From: Blepharisma stoltei ATCC 30299 | Lineage: Eukaryota; Protista; Ciliophora | Reading direction: 5' to 3' | DNA: 64,000 nt | Assembly (NCBI GenBank): GCA_965603825.1 | Contig: CBFDEM010000056.1 | Coordinates: 907,848 to 971,847, forward strand | Part shown: piece by piece, positions 11,498 to 24,282 of the stretch | Layout: the number at the start of each line of letters is the position of its first letter | How positions within the stretch are numbered: position 1 is the first letter of the stretch | Made by a program: the position numbers and the translations under genes | Notes under the pieces: model-generated | What the model was told of the DNA's origin: nothing | The model's database searches: none | Seen by the model: the letters and a program-made list of their open reading frames with translations, nothing else

Positions 11498-12046
11498 ATG
11501 ATATTTGCAAATGGATTCAAATGTGCCATAATTGGTGAAGGACATGCTGGTAAATCCACTTTACTAGGCAGATTTATGGAGAGCGAGTCTAACAGAGAAA
11601 AAAATTCATTTCAATGTCTCGGCTTTGGAGTAAAAGATGTCTGCTTTGGTGGTAATACAATACAATTGTTTATATATGAAACAGTAAGTGATGTAAATTT
11701 GAGGCATATTAATAGGCTAGTTTACTCTGATGCAGCAGCTTTAATTTTTATGTACGACATTACAAGGTCATCCTCTCTAAAAGATTTAAGTAATTGGATA
11801 ATTGAAACAACTATGTATGCTCCTGGTGTTATTGCATCAATTTTAGTTGGAAATAAAGCCGATTTGGAAAGTGAAAGGCAGGTTTTATATGAGGAAGGCC
11901 AAAAATTCGCAAATGACCATCAAATGATATTTTTGGAAACATCCGTCTTTAACGAGAAGAGCATGGAGAATATTTTTAAGTTTATTGCGATTGAAATATT
12001 AGGAAAAATAAGAAATGGTCAGGAATATCAAGCAAAACTTTTATAG
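11498..12046 (+). CDS. Atypical Rab-family small GTPase
   Basis: G1 GEGHAGKS, G4 GNKAD and G5 FLETS present; G3 degenerate (IYETVSD); no C-terminal prenylation Cys. Confidence 0.85.
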   Translation: MIFANGFKCAIIGEGHAGKSTLLGRFMESESNREKNSFQCLGFGVKDVCFGGNTIQLFIYETVSDVNLRHINRLVYSDAAALIFMYDITRSSSLKDLSNWIIETTMYAPGVIASILVGNKADLESERQVLYEEGQKFANDHQMIFLETSVFNEKSMENIFKFIAIEILGKIRNGQEYQAKLL

Positions 12047-12496
12047 TATTAAGATAATGAGTAATTAATATTTTTAGTTTTGCTCTAGAAATTATTTTCT
12101 GATTTTTATAACGAAAAAATTCCTTAAAATCCCATTTGCATTTAAAATTAAAAAACTAATTCATGATGATTAAGTAGCTTATACTTATTGAGTCGAAATC
12201 ATAATACATAATGCAGACTTTTCTTTTTTCAATATTATTTTATAAGGTCATTGCATATGATATATTCCAGTTTTCACCTAATTTTATTAATTAAATTTAT
12301 ATAAATTAAAATGGCTTGAAGCAGACCCATTTTTCACTTTAATTCATAAACCCATATATCACCTTCATGAAAATCCAAAATTTTGGCTTATTTTGCATAT
12401 TTATATCCAAATATTCCAAAATTTTAACTTATGAGCCTTAAAATTTTCCAAGACGCTTATGATTTATCATTGCTTTATAAAAATCGCACCCAAAAT

Positions 12497-13582
12497 ATGG
12501 TGAAGAAATTTCTGATTATCGCTGCCTCTTTAATTCAGATTTTTGCACTCTCCTGCTTAGACATCAACGGAAACCCTGTAGCATGGTGAAATTTGGTAAA
12601 AATGCCTAAAGCTGTAAAAAATGCGCCTTTTTATGGAAAATCTTACTTATATGTATCTCCTGATAACCCAACCCCGACCCTCAGCACAAATCCTATAAAC
12701 GTAACAAGCCCAATGACTTATACGCTAAACCAATTAAATACTGATAAAACTGTTTCCTTTTTATTTTACAAGTAAAATTCATATAGTGACGGCTATCCAG
12801 GAAGTGAAACAAATTACAGTTCTTATTATGGGCATTCAAAAGGGATTTTAGCTTATACCCAAACCCAAGCTATTTACATTATCCATTCAGTGCCTCATTT
12901 TCCTTATACTGATAATGTTACTAATGCAGTTGTTTTAGACATTGCAGATCCGCAGACTATGTATGGGCAAAATATGATGTGCATACAGTTGGATCCTCAG
13001 ACTTTATTTAATATTGCAGGAATTATGACAATCAACCACCCTGCAGTTTATTTTTCAAGAATAGTAAATCAAAACGCTAATATTACTTATCTCGTTAAAA
13101 ATGTTACGGCTGGGTACAAGTTTACTCAATCAATTTACAGTTTTACGTAATTTTTATTTAGTTCAAATGGGAATTTTTATACTTATTTTGCTAAAGATAT
13201 GGCAGGACAGTGGGATTTATATGAAGATATAATTGCTCCTTACTATAATGATGGCTTTAAAGTAGAAAGCTGGGGTCGTCCGTATGATGCCAGTTTTTGT
13301 AAGCCAAAATACAGTTATAACGTTTTAAATGTTTTAGGAGTAAACCTCGGAAGATATGCTTGGTATAACACTGACGACCACTCAAAATGGGGAATTGCTA
13401 TTAAAAATACCAACATCTATTGCTCTTCAGACATAAACCGCATGAATTCTCAGCGTAAGCGAGGTGGAGGCGCTTTATGTACCAATTCTACACTTCTTTA
13501 CACCGCTTTTTCCAGCCTAATTACCTTAGAAGAGTCCTGCAACGAGCTTCTTTCTCAAACTCTCTCCTATATTACTTCATAA
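12497..13582 (+). CDS. DNASE2: Deoxyribonuclease II (3 exons; introns 12772-12786, 13147-13161)
   Basis: Signal peptide, then SCLDINGNPVAWW(TGA)NLVKMP, spliced FYND, GHSKG, HSVPHFP, YGQNMMC, DHSKW and DINRMNSQRKRGGGALC. Confidence 0.93.
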
Positions 13583-13632
13583 TTTATCTTAAAATCCATT
13601 TAATCGTCATAATAATGAATTAGTTATAAAAA

Positions 13633-14934
13633 CTACTCCATCTTGACTGCAGAATTAATAACCCCTACCCCACTAATAATTGTAAAAGTTGCTGCCAGCA
13701 TGATCACCATAATATTTCCTTTATCTCCCCACCCTTTTTTCGTATTATGGACCTCCAATAGTGCTGGATACACATATGCAAAAATCGTATATGTCGCCCC
13801 AAGGAAGGTAAAAATGACTTCGGCAGCTGGAATTGCTATAGAGACTGATAAAGCGCCATATAAAATAAATGCGGTAATGAGAACATGCCTGTATAATGGT
13901 TACGTTAGGGTGGAAACTTCTTCTTTTTTATTAAATTTTGAGGACAAGCTGATTATAGCTTGCCGGCAGGTGATGGTGAAGAGCATCACAGTGCACATGA
14001 TTACAAAGACTATTAGCAATCGTCCAATGCACATATATAAATCTGAGGTATAGTGCTTAGGAGGGTTGCGCTCAGTAATAAACATAGGGGTGTCTTCTAG
14101 CAAAGAAAGATACCCAAAAACTGCTATAAAAATGTATATTAAAACTTGAATCAAAAAGACTCTCGAATTCGCCTTCTGCATCCTTTTTAGAGAAGGATCT
14201 TTCATTTCACTAAAAACAGTCGCCACACTCATATGCCACACAAATGCAAAAACAGCTAAAGAGCACGCTGGGAAAAAGTCATTATCCATGCTAACCCAGC
14301 TTACCTCTGATAATTCATTTGTGCTTTGAAAATGAGGAAAATCAATTATCAGCACCACGCATAAATAAAGAATGCTGCCAATGCTAAATAGTGAAAGATG
14401 CTTTAGTCCTGTTAATTTCTTCATTAAAGACATAGGAAATAACACGAACGTGGTATATCCTAGCATAATGAAATTTTTATATTCATCAATTTCTATTGAA
14501 AAATATTTCAGGAAACTTACGACAGTGATGATGCCTAAGTAAAGGTTACAAATTATTTGGTAGCCAACAATCTCAAAAAATATATAAAGAATCATCAGGA
14601 CTTCTAATATTATTGATGCACCCTAATTGAGAGTTACTTTTCCTAGCACATCGTATACTAAGCCAGAGTAGCTATAAATCTGCCTGTGGCTGGCAGCTTT
14701 ACAAATACAGTTCATGCCAATTAATGACCCAAGCGCAGAGGCTAGAATAAGGCAAAGACCTGGGACCACTCCTACGTAATGAAGGATCAGAGGCAATGAA
14801 AGGCAGCTGGTGTCCATTGATGACGCAATCAAAGTGAAAATCGAGCTTCTCATAGAGCCTTCTTCCATTTTCCCGAATGTACGCTGAGCCCATGATCTTG
14901 TCCTGATTAAAGGCTTTCTTTGATCGCTGGACAT
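13633..14934 (-). CDS. Amino acid transporter, AAAP/SLC38 family (3 exons; introns 14623-14637, 13889-13903)
   Basis: Multiple TM segments with SSIFTLIAS..LSLP, PMSLMKKL..L..LS, FAFVWH and FGYLS. Splicing joins the ORFs and ends at TAG 13633-13635. Confidence 0.88.
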
Positions 14935-15317
14935 TATAAATTTATGCAACTCTTAAGCCATTAAGCAAAAATCAATCATGGCTGAGAATAATAAGTTAAA
15001 TCACAATATATAAAGATTAGGTGTAGTATAGCAAAAATTTTAGCTTTGCGCCGTTTGTAGGGGAAAGTTTGGAATGGTTTTTCTAATGCAAATAAATGAT
15101 GGAAATGGAGAATATAGACTAGGGATTTTTTTAAAGTTTATATTAAAATAACTTGGAACACTTAGCTATGATTTTTCTGAGTAAGAAAAGTTAGTTATAG
15201 GAAAATATGAAATTAATAGATAGGGTGCTATAAATAGAATTTTGATTTATGGGTAGTGTAAAATAACTGACAGTTTTTATCAAAAGGTAAGTCAAAAGCG
15301 CTTCACTTTTATAAAAA

Positions 15318-15388
15318 TGGTTCTACTGAGAATTGAACTCAGATCTCAGGATTCAAAGTCCTACGTGCTACCACTACACCATAGAACC
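15318..15388 (-). tRNA. trnQ: tRNA-Gln (anticodon UUG)
   Basis: Minus strand GGTTCTA-TG-GTGTAGTGGTAGCAC-G-TAGGA CTTTGAA TCCTG-AGAT-CTGAG TTCAATT CTCAG-TAGAACC-A folds into a full cloverleaf, followed by a TTTTT Pol III terminator. Confidence 0.95.
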
Positions 15389-15676
15389 TAAGTTATTAAA
15401 TTCATTTTAGATATTTACTTATACGAAATACTGCGTTAAAAATTAATCAAATTTAATAATAGCAATTAAAAACTAATTTTTATAAAAATACATCAACATT
15501 TATATTTAATAAGGCACAGAAAGGGTGCAAGAATGAATTTATCTATTTCTCTTAAAAATATCAATTATTTCATAATAAGACTCAATCTCTTAATAAGTCT
15601 GAAACTATCTAATTTTATCCAAATCCTGACACTAAATTTATATTTCCACATATAGACTTTTTCAAATTTATACATC

Positions 15677-17038
15677 ATGGATTTCAGATTTTTGCTACTG
15701 ATACCATTGTTGATATCAAGCACAGTAGTCTACGTAGTCGAGCTTGCCAGGCATGGGCTGAGAACTCCTACACAATTTATGCCTTGAGACGAAGGCATAT
15801 GATCAGTAGGACCAGGCCAGCTCACCCCCGAAGGTATGAGGCAGCACTTTTTAATCGGGACTGAATTAAGGAATCGTTATATTAACAACACCAAACTTCT
15901 CAGTTCTTCTTATTACAAGCCAGAAGTAAGCTTCTACTCAACCGACTACGACAGAACTTTAATGAGTGCTATGAGTCAGCTATCTGGCCTTTATCCCCCT
16001 GAAACAGGTCCCAGCCTCAAAAATTCTTCTCTGAACCAACTAGCCAAGCCTCCAATTTATATTGAAAATTTTAACGAAACAATTGAGGAGCTGGGAGACG
16101 CTGCCCTTCCTAATAATATACAAGTAGTCCCAGTTTTTACAGGCCTAAACCAAGATGACATTATATTGCTACCTAGTTTTAGCTGTCCGAAATACCAATA
16201 TATTTCGAATTTTAATTCTAATAGCTCAGCAGTGCAGTCACTGATAAAAAAAAATGCCAATCTTTTTGAAACGATTTCTAATGTGATGGATATCAGTATA
16301 GAGGAAGCTATAAACATTTCTCCACAATTATTAGACTCATTGATTATAAATAATGCATACGGAAATACTAGAAATATCCCTGCACCTTTTAATGAACAAT
16401 TTTTACAACAAGCTGTAGCTTTGTCAAACCAAATTACCCAAATCATTTATTATACACCTGAAGTTATGTCTCAGCTTTCTGGGAGCCAATTTCTCAGGCA
16501 GCTTTCTACACTTTTAAATGAATCTCAGTCAAATCCTAACAGCACTTTAAAATTTAGCTTATTTTTAGCCCACGATTCTAGCTTACTAAATGTACTTTCT
16601 GCCCTTAAACTTCCAAACCTAGAAAACCCAACTTTTGCATCAACCATTCTTTTTGAGCTAATTTCTGACGAAAATAAGAATTTTTATGTGCAAGTTTACT
16701 ATAATGACATTCTCCAAACCATCCCAACATGTGGTAGCACTTTATGTCCTTTTTACAATTTTATGAGATTTATAGAGCTGAGGTCTTTTCCTAATATAAC
16801 TAATGCGTGCATTTTTAATAGTGCAGAAGAAAACTGGGGGGATTTGGCTGAAGCAGAAAATGAGGAGTTTCCAGTGGCTGGAAAAGGAGATGACTGGAAT
16901 TTGAGATGGTATGGGTGGCTTGCGATAGCTTTTTGCTCAGCTGTTATTATGGCGCTTGGGATAGCTGTTACTGTTTTAATTAGAGATTTTAAAGCAAAGA
17001 GAGGGAAGAAAAAATATGTCGAGATGTGAGAGCGATAA
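15677..17038 (+). CDS. Lysosomal-type histidine acid phosphatase with C-terminal TM anchor
   Basis: Signal peptide, RHGLRTP, W(TGA)SVGPGQLTPEG, AHD, TM helix and YVEM tail. TGA 17027-17029 read as Trp, then TAA 17036-17038. Confidence 0.92.
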
Positions 17039-17137
17039 ACGTAAAATTATTTAGAAAATGTCTAATTAATAAGCTATAAATAATTGTTTTATATGCTAAA
17101 AGGGAAGGAATTTAAATATCACTGCAAAAAAGCCAAC

Positions 17138-19642
17138 TTAAATATTTACTGTGTTAGTAGAAGTATTCAGCGCTAATAAGCCAACTGTATGTGAAAGCAA
17201 GAGTGTCATACATTGGCTATTAGCCCAGATAAATAAAGAAATAGTGCTAGACGGCCACAAATAAAATCCCAAGCAAAAAATCCACACCGCAAGAATCGCT
17301 TTTAGTGTCAAAATCTTAAAATTTCTCGTAAATTCTTTACTAGACACCATCATAAAGCATCCAGCAATTATATATCATGCTAATTTGTGTATCCCAAAAA
17401 TAACCCCAGTGAAAATAGGATAAATATCAGGCCCAACTCCTCACGAGTGATTGCCTGCCCTTAGCGAAATATCAAATCCAAACGTCCCTAGTGTGATTAA
17501 ATATGATGTAATTGCTTGAATTAATATCAAATATATAGAATCCAACTTACTATATATATAAATCTATATAAAAAGTACTATAGGCAAGAAAAACAATGTA
17601 TAGTGAAGCCGCTGAGATTGGCTTGCAATAAAAAAATACACAATAATGACTGGATAAGTCGCGAATTTTGCTTTAAATTCTCGTGGGGCAAGTATCAAAG
17701 AGAATATCACAAAAAATATTAATGATACATAAAAAATCCTGATAGTAGTTATCATATTCGGCGTTTGGTCAGTCATAGAATAGTCTGTTATTTGTTCATA
17801 AATTATCATTAAAGCTATAGAAAACTCCCCAAAAATAAGCAAAATATAGTGCCAAATCCCTTTAATAGACTTGATATCGTATAAGTATAAGAATTGTAGT
17901 GCAGAGTAATGGAATCAGTATAAAGTATAGTCTTTTATAACAAAATAATCGTAATGGCTGGATAATAAGAGAAGAATATTTAATAAGCTTGTGATAGGCT
18001 TGATGTCATGAATAGTAAAAACTCTTCCTTTTCCGAGGGAATATATGTAGGCTAATATTGATTTATAAGTAGAATATGGCGAAAATGACAATAAATCAGA
18101 TTTTACTTTGACAAATGATGATATAAAATTCAGTATGTGGAAAAGCACTAAAGGCCAAAAAAGAGTCCGCTCTACCCTACCAGTCAGTCCACCAAAAAAC
18201 AATATAAAAACATGCTCTATAAATAATAAAATCACATTTATCTGTATTTCAATGCTGATACAATAAATCCAATAAATAATGGCAACGAAACTTAAAATGA
18301 GCAAAACGTAAGCTTCTTTGGAGGTTTCTAAGTTTTCTGCTTGCCTTTGTAGGTTTTTTAAATATTCAGGATATTCCTCATTAAGAGAGGCTACAATTTC
18401 TTTATCTTTTATAGCGAAATCATATTTTCTGCCCATCATTAGCTTGAGGTTCCGATTGCCACCATCCAAATAATTCAAATAATTAAGCAGCTGGATTTCT
18501 TTGGCTCGGAAATTCATAAGCTCGAATTTTTCTATATAAATTTTACCTCCTTCACTGATTTTCTTAGGAAACCCGCCTGCTCTAGATGGTAGTCCTGCAT
18601 TATTTATATATTGACTGACAATTGGCCCAATATCTTCATGCTTGATTTCTCCACGAAAATTTCCTATCGACCCTTTGTTATAGATATATAGAAATCCTTC
18701 ATTGCCTTTATCCATATTGCAGCCATGGTTACAGACTTCGTCTTCTCCGAAATCTCATTGTCCTCCATGATCACTAGACACAAATAAAACGTATTTATCT
18801 CCCATTTCAGTTTTTTCTAAAATTTGAATAATTGCTTTAATATCACCTAATAAAGCTGATGCGACAGATAAAGTTTTAATAGAGAAGGCAGCGTAGTTGT
18901 GATTATAGCTGTCCATAATGGTAGAATAGTAAACTAAATTTATATCATCATAGGCAAGAAATGACTTTAACAATGATTCAATGCTTTTTATATTGCCATT
19001 TTCTAATAGCTCCTCTGAATTTTCTATGACAAATTTATTAGCATTGGAAGTTCCTTTAATTTCTCCATTCTTCGTCAAATCAGGTCTTATAAAAGAGCTT
19101 CCAAACATTCCAGAAGCTCTTTCTAACGTTTTAAAAGGATACTGTTCCCTCACATTAAACTGATACACCTTTGCAAACCTTTCTTCTCCTAGTAAATTTA
19201 TTAAAGGGAAATTGTTCCCTACATAATAGTTTAATTTTCCTTTCATTTGGTCTATTGCAGTTTCTGATAGTAATTTAGCACCTACAAGGTTTCTGGATAC
19301 TTTTCCTGTGACTTGCTCAGCATGGATTGTGGCGGATTGTGGATATCCACTGAACTTCACATTGTAATAGGCAGAATTATTTACATATGAGGCTAAATCT
19401 CCAGACTGAAATGCTGCAAAGGCGTCTAAAAACAGTCAAATATAATGCGGCTTCTTCAACATATTCCTACACACCTCAATATCAAACCCTTCAATTTTTC
19501 CTTTGCAGTAAGAATTTTCTAAATCAATTTCAAAGGCCGAGTTTTCTACCAAAACATTGTAAACTTGGCTTTCACCTAAAAATAAATGTGTGCAAAATAA
19601 AGTACTGAAAAGAAGAATCAAAGAATATCAGGCAGGCTTCAT
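17138..19642 (-). CDS. GPI ethanolamine-phosphate transferase-like protein (PIG-G/O-like; alkaline phosphatase fold plus multi-TM); intron 17564-17578
   Basis: One frame through several TGAs: IWLFLDAF, GYPQSATIHAEQVTG, MDSYNH, SSDHGGQ, NHG, IKHEDIGP, then many TM helices; about 829 aa. Confidence 0.75.
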
Positions 19643-19845
19643 ATAAAATGCTGCAATTAATAATTCTATTATTTTCTATTCAATTTAGCTATTTTCTAAT
19701 CACTTTTATAGGTTTTCATAATCCTAGTATCAATTATTATACTTGGCAAGGCATGCTGTTTTTTCTGTATTTATTAAGCTTATATTGCCTAATTACTTTG
19801 CCTTTTAGCCTTATTGAATATATAATTAATTATAATTTTTTCCTA

Positions 19846-21732
19846 ATGAATAGGAGGTGGCTTATGGGATGCATTTATGACTACCTTCGCAAAGGCTTTG
19901 ACCCTGACGCAGACGAAATCACAAAATTTATCAAGGCAAACGACCATAAAGCTTCCAGGATAAAATTTGCACCACTGAAAAGAGAAATTGAAAAAATTCT
20001 TAATGAAAATCTGCCTAATGAAGAAGAGCCACAACAAATAAAAACTTTGCCTCTGAAAACAGCCCCTTCTCCGCCTGCACAAAAACCTGCTAAAAATGAG
20101 CAGGTTTTTACGACAGAATTGAAATTTAAAGATATCGGCGGAATCGACCAAATTATGAAAGATATCCAAGAACTTGTAGTTTACCCTATGGTCCATCCTG
20201 AGGTATATAGAGAGCTACATATAGAACCTGCAACTGGGGTTTTATTGTGTGGGCCTCCAGGGACTGGAAAAACTTATCTTGCCCATGCAATTTGTGGAGA
20301 ATTAGGTGTACCTTTTTATAAGCTCGCAGCCCCAGAAATTGTCTCCGGCATGTCTGGCGAATCTGAACAAAAACTCCGCGAGCTATTTAAAAAAGCTTCA
20401 GAATCCGCCCCGAGCATCATTTTTATAGATGAAATCGACGCAATTGCTCCAAACCGCAGCAACACCCACCGCGAGATGGAAAAGCGCATTGTCTCGCAGC
20501 TCCTCACCTGTATGGACGATTTGCGTGGCTTTTTAAGCCACGGAAAAGTTGTCATAGTCCTTGCTGCTACCAACCGAATCGAATCTATCGACACAGCCCT
20601 GCGCCAAGCTGGGCGCTTTGACCGAGAAATTCATTTTGGCATCCCAAGCGAGCCTCAGCGTTTTCAAATCCTAAGCCTTCTTATGAAAGACTTAAAAATT
20701 AGAGGCGACATTGACATCCACGCCATTGCCAAGCTGACTCCAGGCTATGTCGGGGCTGATTTGCAGTCTTTGGTAAAAGAAGCTGGGAATAGGGCGATTT
20801 CGAGAGTAATGCAAGAAGAAATGCTGGACCTTGAGAACTTGTATATAGAAATGGGAGACTTTTTGCATGCAGTTAGCAAGGTACAGCCCAGTTCGAAAAG
20901 AGAAGGATTTTCGACGATTCCTGATACAACTTGGCAGGATATTGGTGGAATGGAAAATTTGAGGACTGAGCTGTATTTTAGCATTGTACATGCGATACAG
21001 TGCCCAGAAAAATACCAAGCCGTAGGAATTACAGCGGCTGCTGGAGTTTTACTGTGTGGTCCACCTGGGTGTGGGAAAACACTGCTTGCTAAAGCAGTTG
21101 CGAATGAAAGCAAGGCAAATTTTATTGCGGTTAATGGCCCAGAGCTGCTTAATAAATATGTAGGAGAAAGCGAAAAAGCAGTAAGACAGCTATTCCAAAG
21201 AGCAAGGGACTCAGCACCTTGCGTGATATTTTTTGATGAAATTGATTCTCTATGTGCTGCAAGAGGAGGGGATAATCAAGCTACTGAAAGAGTCGTCAAC
21301 CAGCTGCTTACAGAGCTTAATGGCCTACAAGATAGACGACAAGTATTTGTGATTGCAGCGACGAACAGGCCTGACATTATTGATCCGGCCATGCTAAGAC
21401 CAGGAAGACTTGACAAAATTCTGTTTGTGCCGCTGCCTGAAGAAGGGGAAAGAAAAAGCATTTTACAAGCTTTAACAAGGAGCTCTCCACTGGATTCTGA
21501 TATAAATTTAGATTTATTAGCTGAAAAAACAGTCGGGTTTAGTGGAGCTGATTTGTCGTCATTAGTAAGAGAAGCTGCTTGTTTGGCCCTTCGGCAAGAA
21601 AATCCTCCATATATTATTACACACAATCATTTTTCAGAAGCTCTTTATAAAGTAAGGCCTTCTGTCACACCTCATCAGAAAGCACATTATGAAAAAATGA
21701 GGGAAAATTTAGCTATTAAATCAGGTAATTAA
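19846..21732 (+). CDS. NVL: Nuclear VCP-like AAA+ ATPase (NVL/Rix7)
   Basis: Two AAA modules ([13 protein letters not shown] and [14 protein letters not shown]), [16 protein letters not shown] and QPSSKREGF. Probable start is ATG 19846. Confidence 0.93.
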   Translation: MNRRWLMGCIYDYLRKGFDPDADEITKFIKANDHKASRIKFAPLKREIEKILNENLPNEEEPQQIKTLPLKTAPSPPAQKPAKNEQVFTTELKFKDIGGIDQIMKDIQELVVYPMVHPEVYRELHIEPATGVLLCGPPGTGKTYLAHAICGELGVPFYKLAAPEIVSGMSGESEQKLRELFKKASESAPSIIFIDEIDAIAPNRSNTHREMEKRIVSQLLTCMDDLRGFLSHGKVVIVLAATNRIESIDTALRQAGRFDREIHFGIPSEPQRFQILSLLMKDLKIRGDIDIHAIAKLTPGYVGADLQSLVKEAGNRAISRVMQEEMLDLENLYIEMGDFLHAVSKVQPSSKREGFSTIPDTTWQDIGGMENLRTELYFSIVHAIQCPEKYQAVGITAAAGVLLCGPPGCGKTLLAKAVANESKANFIAVNGPELLNKYVGESEKAVRQLFQRARDSAPCVIFFDEIDSLCAARGGDNQATERVVNQLLTELNGLQDRRQVFVIAATNRPDIIDPAMLRPGRLDKILFVPLPEEGERKSILQALTRSSPLDSDINLDLLAEKTVGFSGADLSSLVREAACLALRQENPPYIITHNHFSEALYKVRPSVTPHQKAHYEKMRENLAIKSGN

Positions 21733-21786
21733 TTTTTCTCCAATTTAAAAATTCTGAAAACCCCTGATATAATTTTTTATTAAAAT

Positions 21787-22473
21787 ATGTCAACCTCAAG
21801 TGGAACCTTGATTATTCGCCCGATCTGTGCTAAATTGACACATGACACAGAGACCTTTGGGAGGATGGATCCTTATTGTGTAATTACGGTAGGAAGACAA
21901 AAACACAGAACTGTTGTCGCAAAAAGTGCAGGGAAATTCCCTAATTGGGAAGATCAGCTGTCTTATATGAAGACCAATGAAGATACAATGAAAATAGAAG
22001 TCTGAGACAAAGATACAGCGTCATCTGATGATTTAATAGGAGAAACTACGCTTGCCTTAAATACTGTAATTTCAAAATCGAATTATGAAGAATGGGTACC
22101 ATTGACGTATAAGGGAAGAAAGGCTGGCGAGATTAGGCTCAATATAGTGTTTAGGCCTTCTGGGCCTCCTCCAAGTGTGCATGGAATACCTGCCAATCTA
22201 GTTAATATGGGAGGACGTCAATATGCTCCAATGCCTGCTCCATATCAGTATCCTCCACAAACCTATCCACAAGCTCCTCCTCAGTCTATGTATCCTACAC
22301 TCAGTCCTATGCAGCCACCTCCAATGCCTTATTATCCTCCACAAGCCCCATATCCCCAAGCGTATCCTCAGAACCCTCCATCATATCTAAATCCCCAACA
22401 GAGCCCAAACTACTATTATCAACAACCACCTCCACAAAATGTGCCTAATTTTTATCCATATGCACCCAAGTAA
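21787..22473 (+). CDS. C2-domain protein with a Pro/Tyr/Gln-rich tail
   Basis: GRMDPYC..PNWE..IEVW(TGA 22003)DKD..DDLIGE is a C2 signature; continues in frame into ORF 22102. Confidence 0.9.
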
Positions 22474-22607
22474 CTGCTCATAATATAAATAAATGATTTT
22501 TTTAATTAATTCTCAGTCAAAAATCTCTATTAAACCTCTTAAAATTTTAAAAGAATTTTATATTTTTTCACTTTCCCATATTTATTTATTACAGTTCCAC
22601 TCAAACC

Positions 22608-24251
22608 ATGCAGGAGCCAATGCCTTTGAATTTTTATATGCAGAAAAGCTGATGTGACGCAAAAGATGGTCTAGGAGTTTGAAGGGTAGGGAGGATAAAA
22701 AAGCGGCAAAAAAATCTCATAACTATTCATTTTGATGGGTGAAGTGACAAATGGAAACAAGTTTATTGCCTTCATTCAGATTTAATAGCACCGTTCCGCA
22801 TGCACTCTAAAGGATATACAGGGCAGTCAAAATTAGCTCTTAGGGAATGAGATTACAGTGAAGACAACTTAAAAATTCATGAAGGAAAAATAGACCTGCT
22901 TGTCAGAAATGAATTTTCTGTATTCAATGCTAGAGAATTGACAAGCTTTCTTAGAGGCGATTTATTTATACAAGTGGACTGTTTAATGAGCTTTACATAT
23001 ACAAATCCATCAAAAGACATCCCAAGAGTCTGCGTCTACTTCAATTATGTTTTAGATATCATTATAAAATGGCTCCAAATAGCACCTAGTAAATTTGAAG
23101 GCTCCAATTTTAAAGATCCAGACGCTTATTTATATGAAAGGCCTACGTCTATATATAAGGCAGGCTACGAAATGCTGGAAACCTTAATCAACATTTTAGG
23201 ACTTAACCCAAGGACTGCAAAATTCTATGAAAAATACAAAGCACTCACGAACACAAAGCAGCTTATACAGAATTTTATGAATAAACAAGGGATGATTTAT
23301 ATAAAAAATATTATTGAAAGTAAGCTACCTTTGGAAGATTTTTGGAATTTTTTAGTAGTTCTTCCTCAATTATTTGCAGCAGGTGGTGCAAGTGCAGCTA
23401 ACAGATATATCCCGGATTATTTAGAAGCATTAGTAAACAGTCTTGACAGCATCAGTGATGAAGGCATGATGGAAATTTCAAATAATTATCAAAAACTAGA
23501 GCAGTTTATAGAAAACTCCAACAATATGATGAAGCTGGTCCTCCCTGACAATCAAAGGGAAGTCTATATTAACCTTTTCCGAAGCAAGTTTAGAATGGAT
23601 AGACAGTCTTTTATAATGAAGCGGGCAACAGAGTCAGTTTTAGAGTCTTCTAAAGATGCCAGCCCTGAAATCCCCACCCCAATTATCGACTTCCATGAGC
23701 CCAAATCATTTCCGACCCCAAAAGAAAGTTCTAAACCTAAACTCCCGATTCCCCCTAAAAGTCCTCAGCGTCCTCCTGTCTACTCTGCCCCATCCATTCC
23801 ACAGTCTTCTCCTCAGTCTTCTTCTCAAATTTCCACCCCAGCCCTATTAGAAATCCAACTTTCCCTTTCAAACTTAAAATCCTACGTAGAATCCAAACAC
23901 CAAGAATGCGTCGATCTAATAGAAAAATCATTAAAAACTGGACTTGATAAAAAACAAGAAAATGACTATAAATTAGAAGAAGTTTTTAAGGCGCATAATT
24001 CTTGTGATCACCAAGAATTTGCAGTCTTAAGTGCCATGGAATTTTTGCTGACTGAAAACAAGGTCCAGGATGCCTTAAAACTGCTGAGGTGGAGGAAAAA
24101 AATATTAAAATTAGCTAATATGAATGGATGGGAAATAGCTGAAGATGTAGCCAAAAGGACTCTTCAGAAGCTAGAAGTGACGTCAAACGATGTTATCGAC
24201 GCAAATCTTAGGTCAGTTTTGTCATCGAGGAACTCCTTAGATTCACAATAA
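22608..24251 (+). CDS. Protein with an N-terminal Tudor/MBT-like barrel, helical region, Pro/Ser linker and C-terminal helical domain
   Basis: ATG 22608 is in frame via four TGA=Trp: WCDAKD..WRVG..IHFDGWSDKW..IAPFR. Confidence 0.75.
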
Positions 24252-24282
24252 TTTATTAAGGGAAAATGGTAATTAAATATGC

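Noticed and set aside
19648-19845. Hydrophobic 66-aa N-terminal extension on the NVL ORF
   Set aside because: It is T-rich divergent-promoter DNA starting 5 nt from the opposite gene's ATG. NVL is a soluble nucleolar protein, so ATG 19846 is more plausible.
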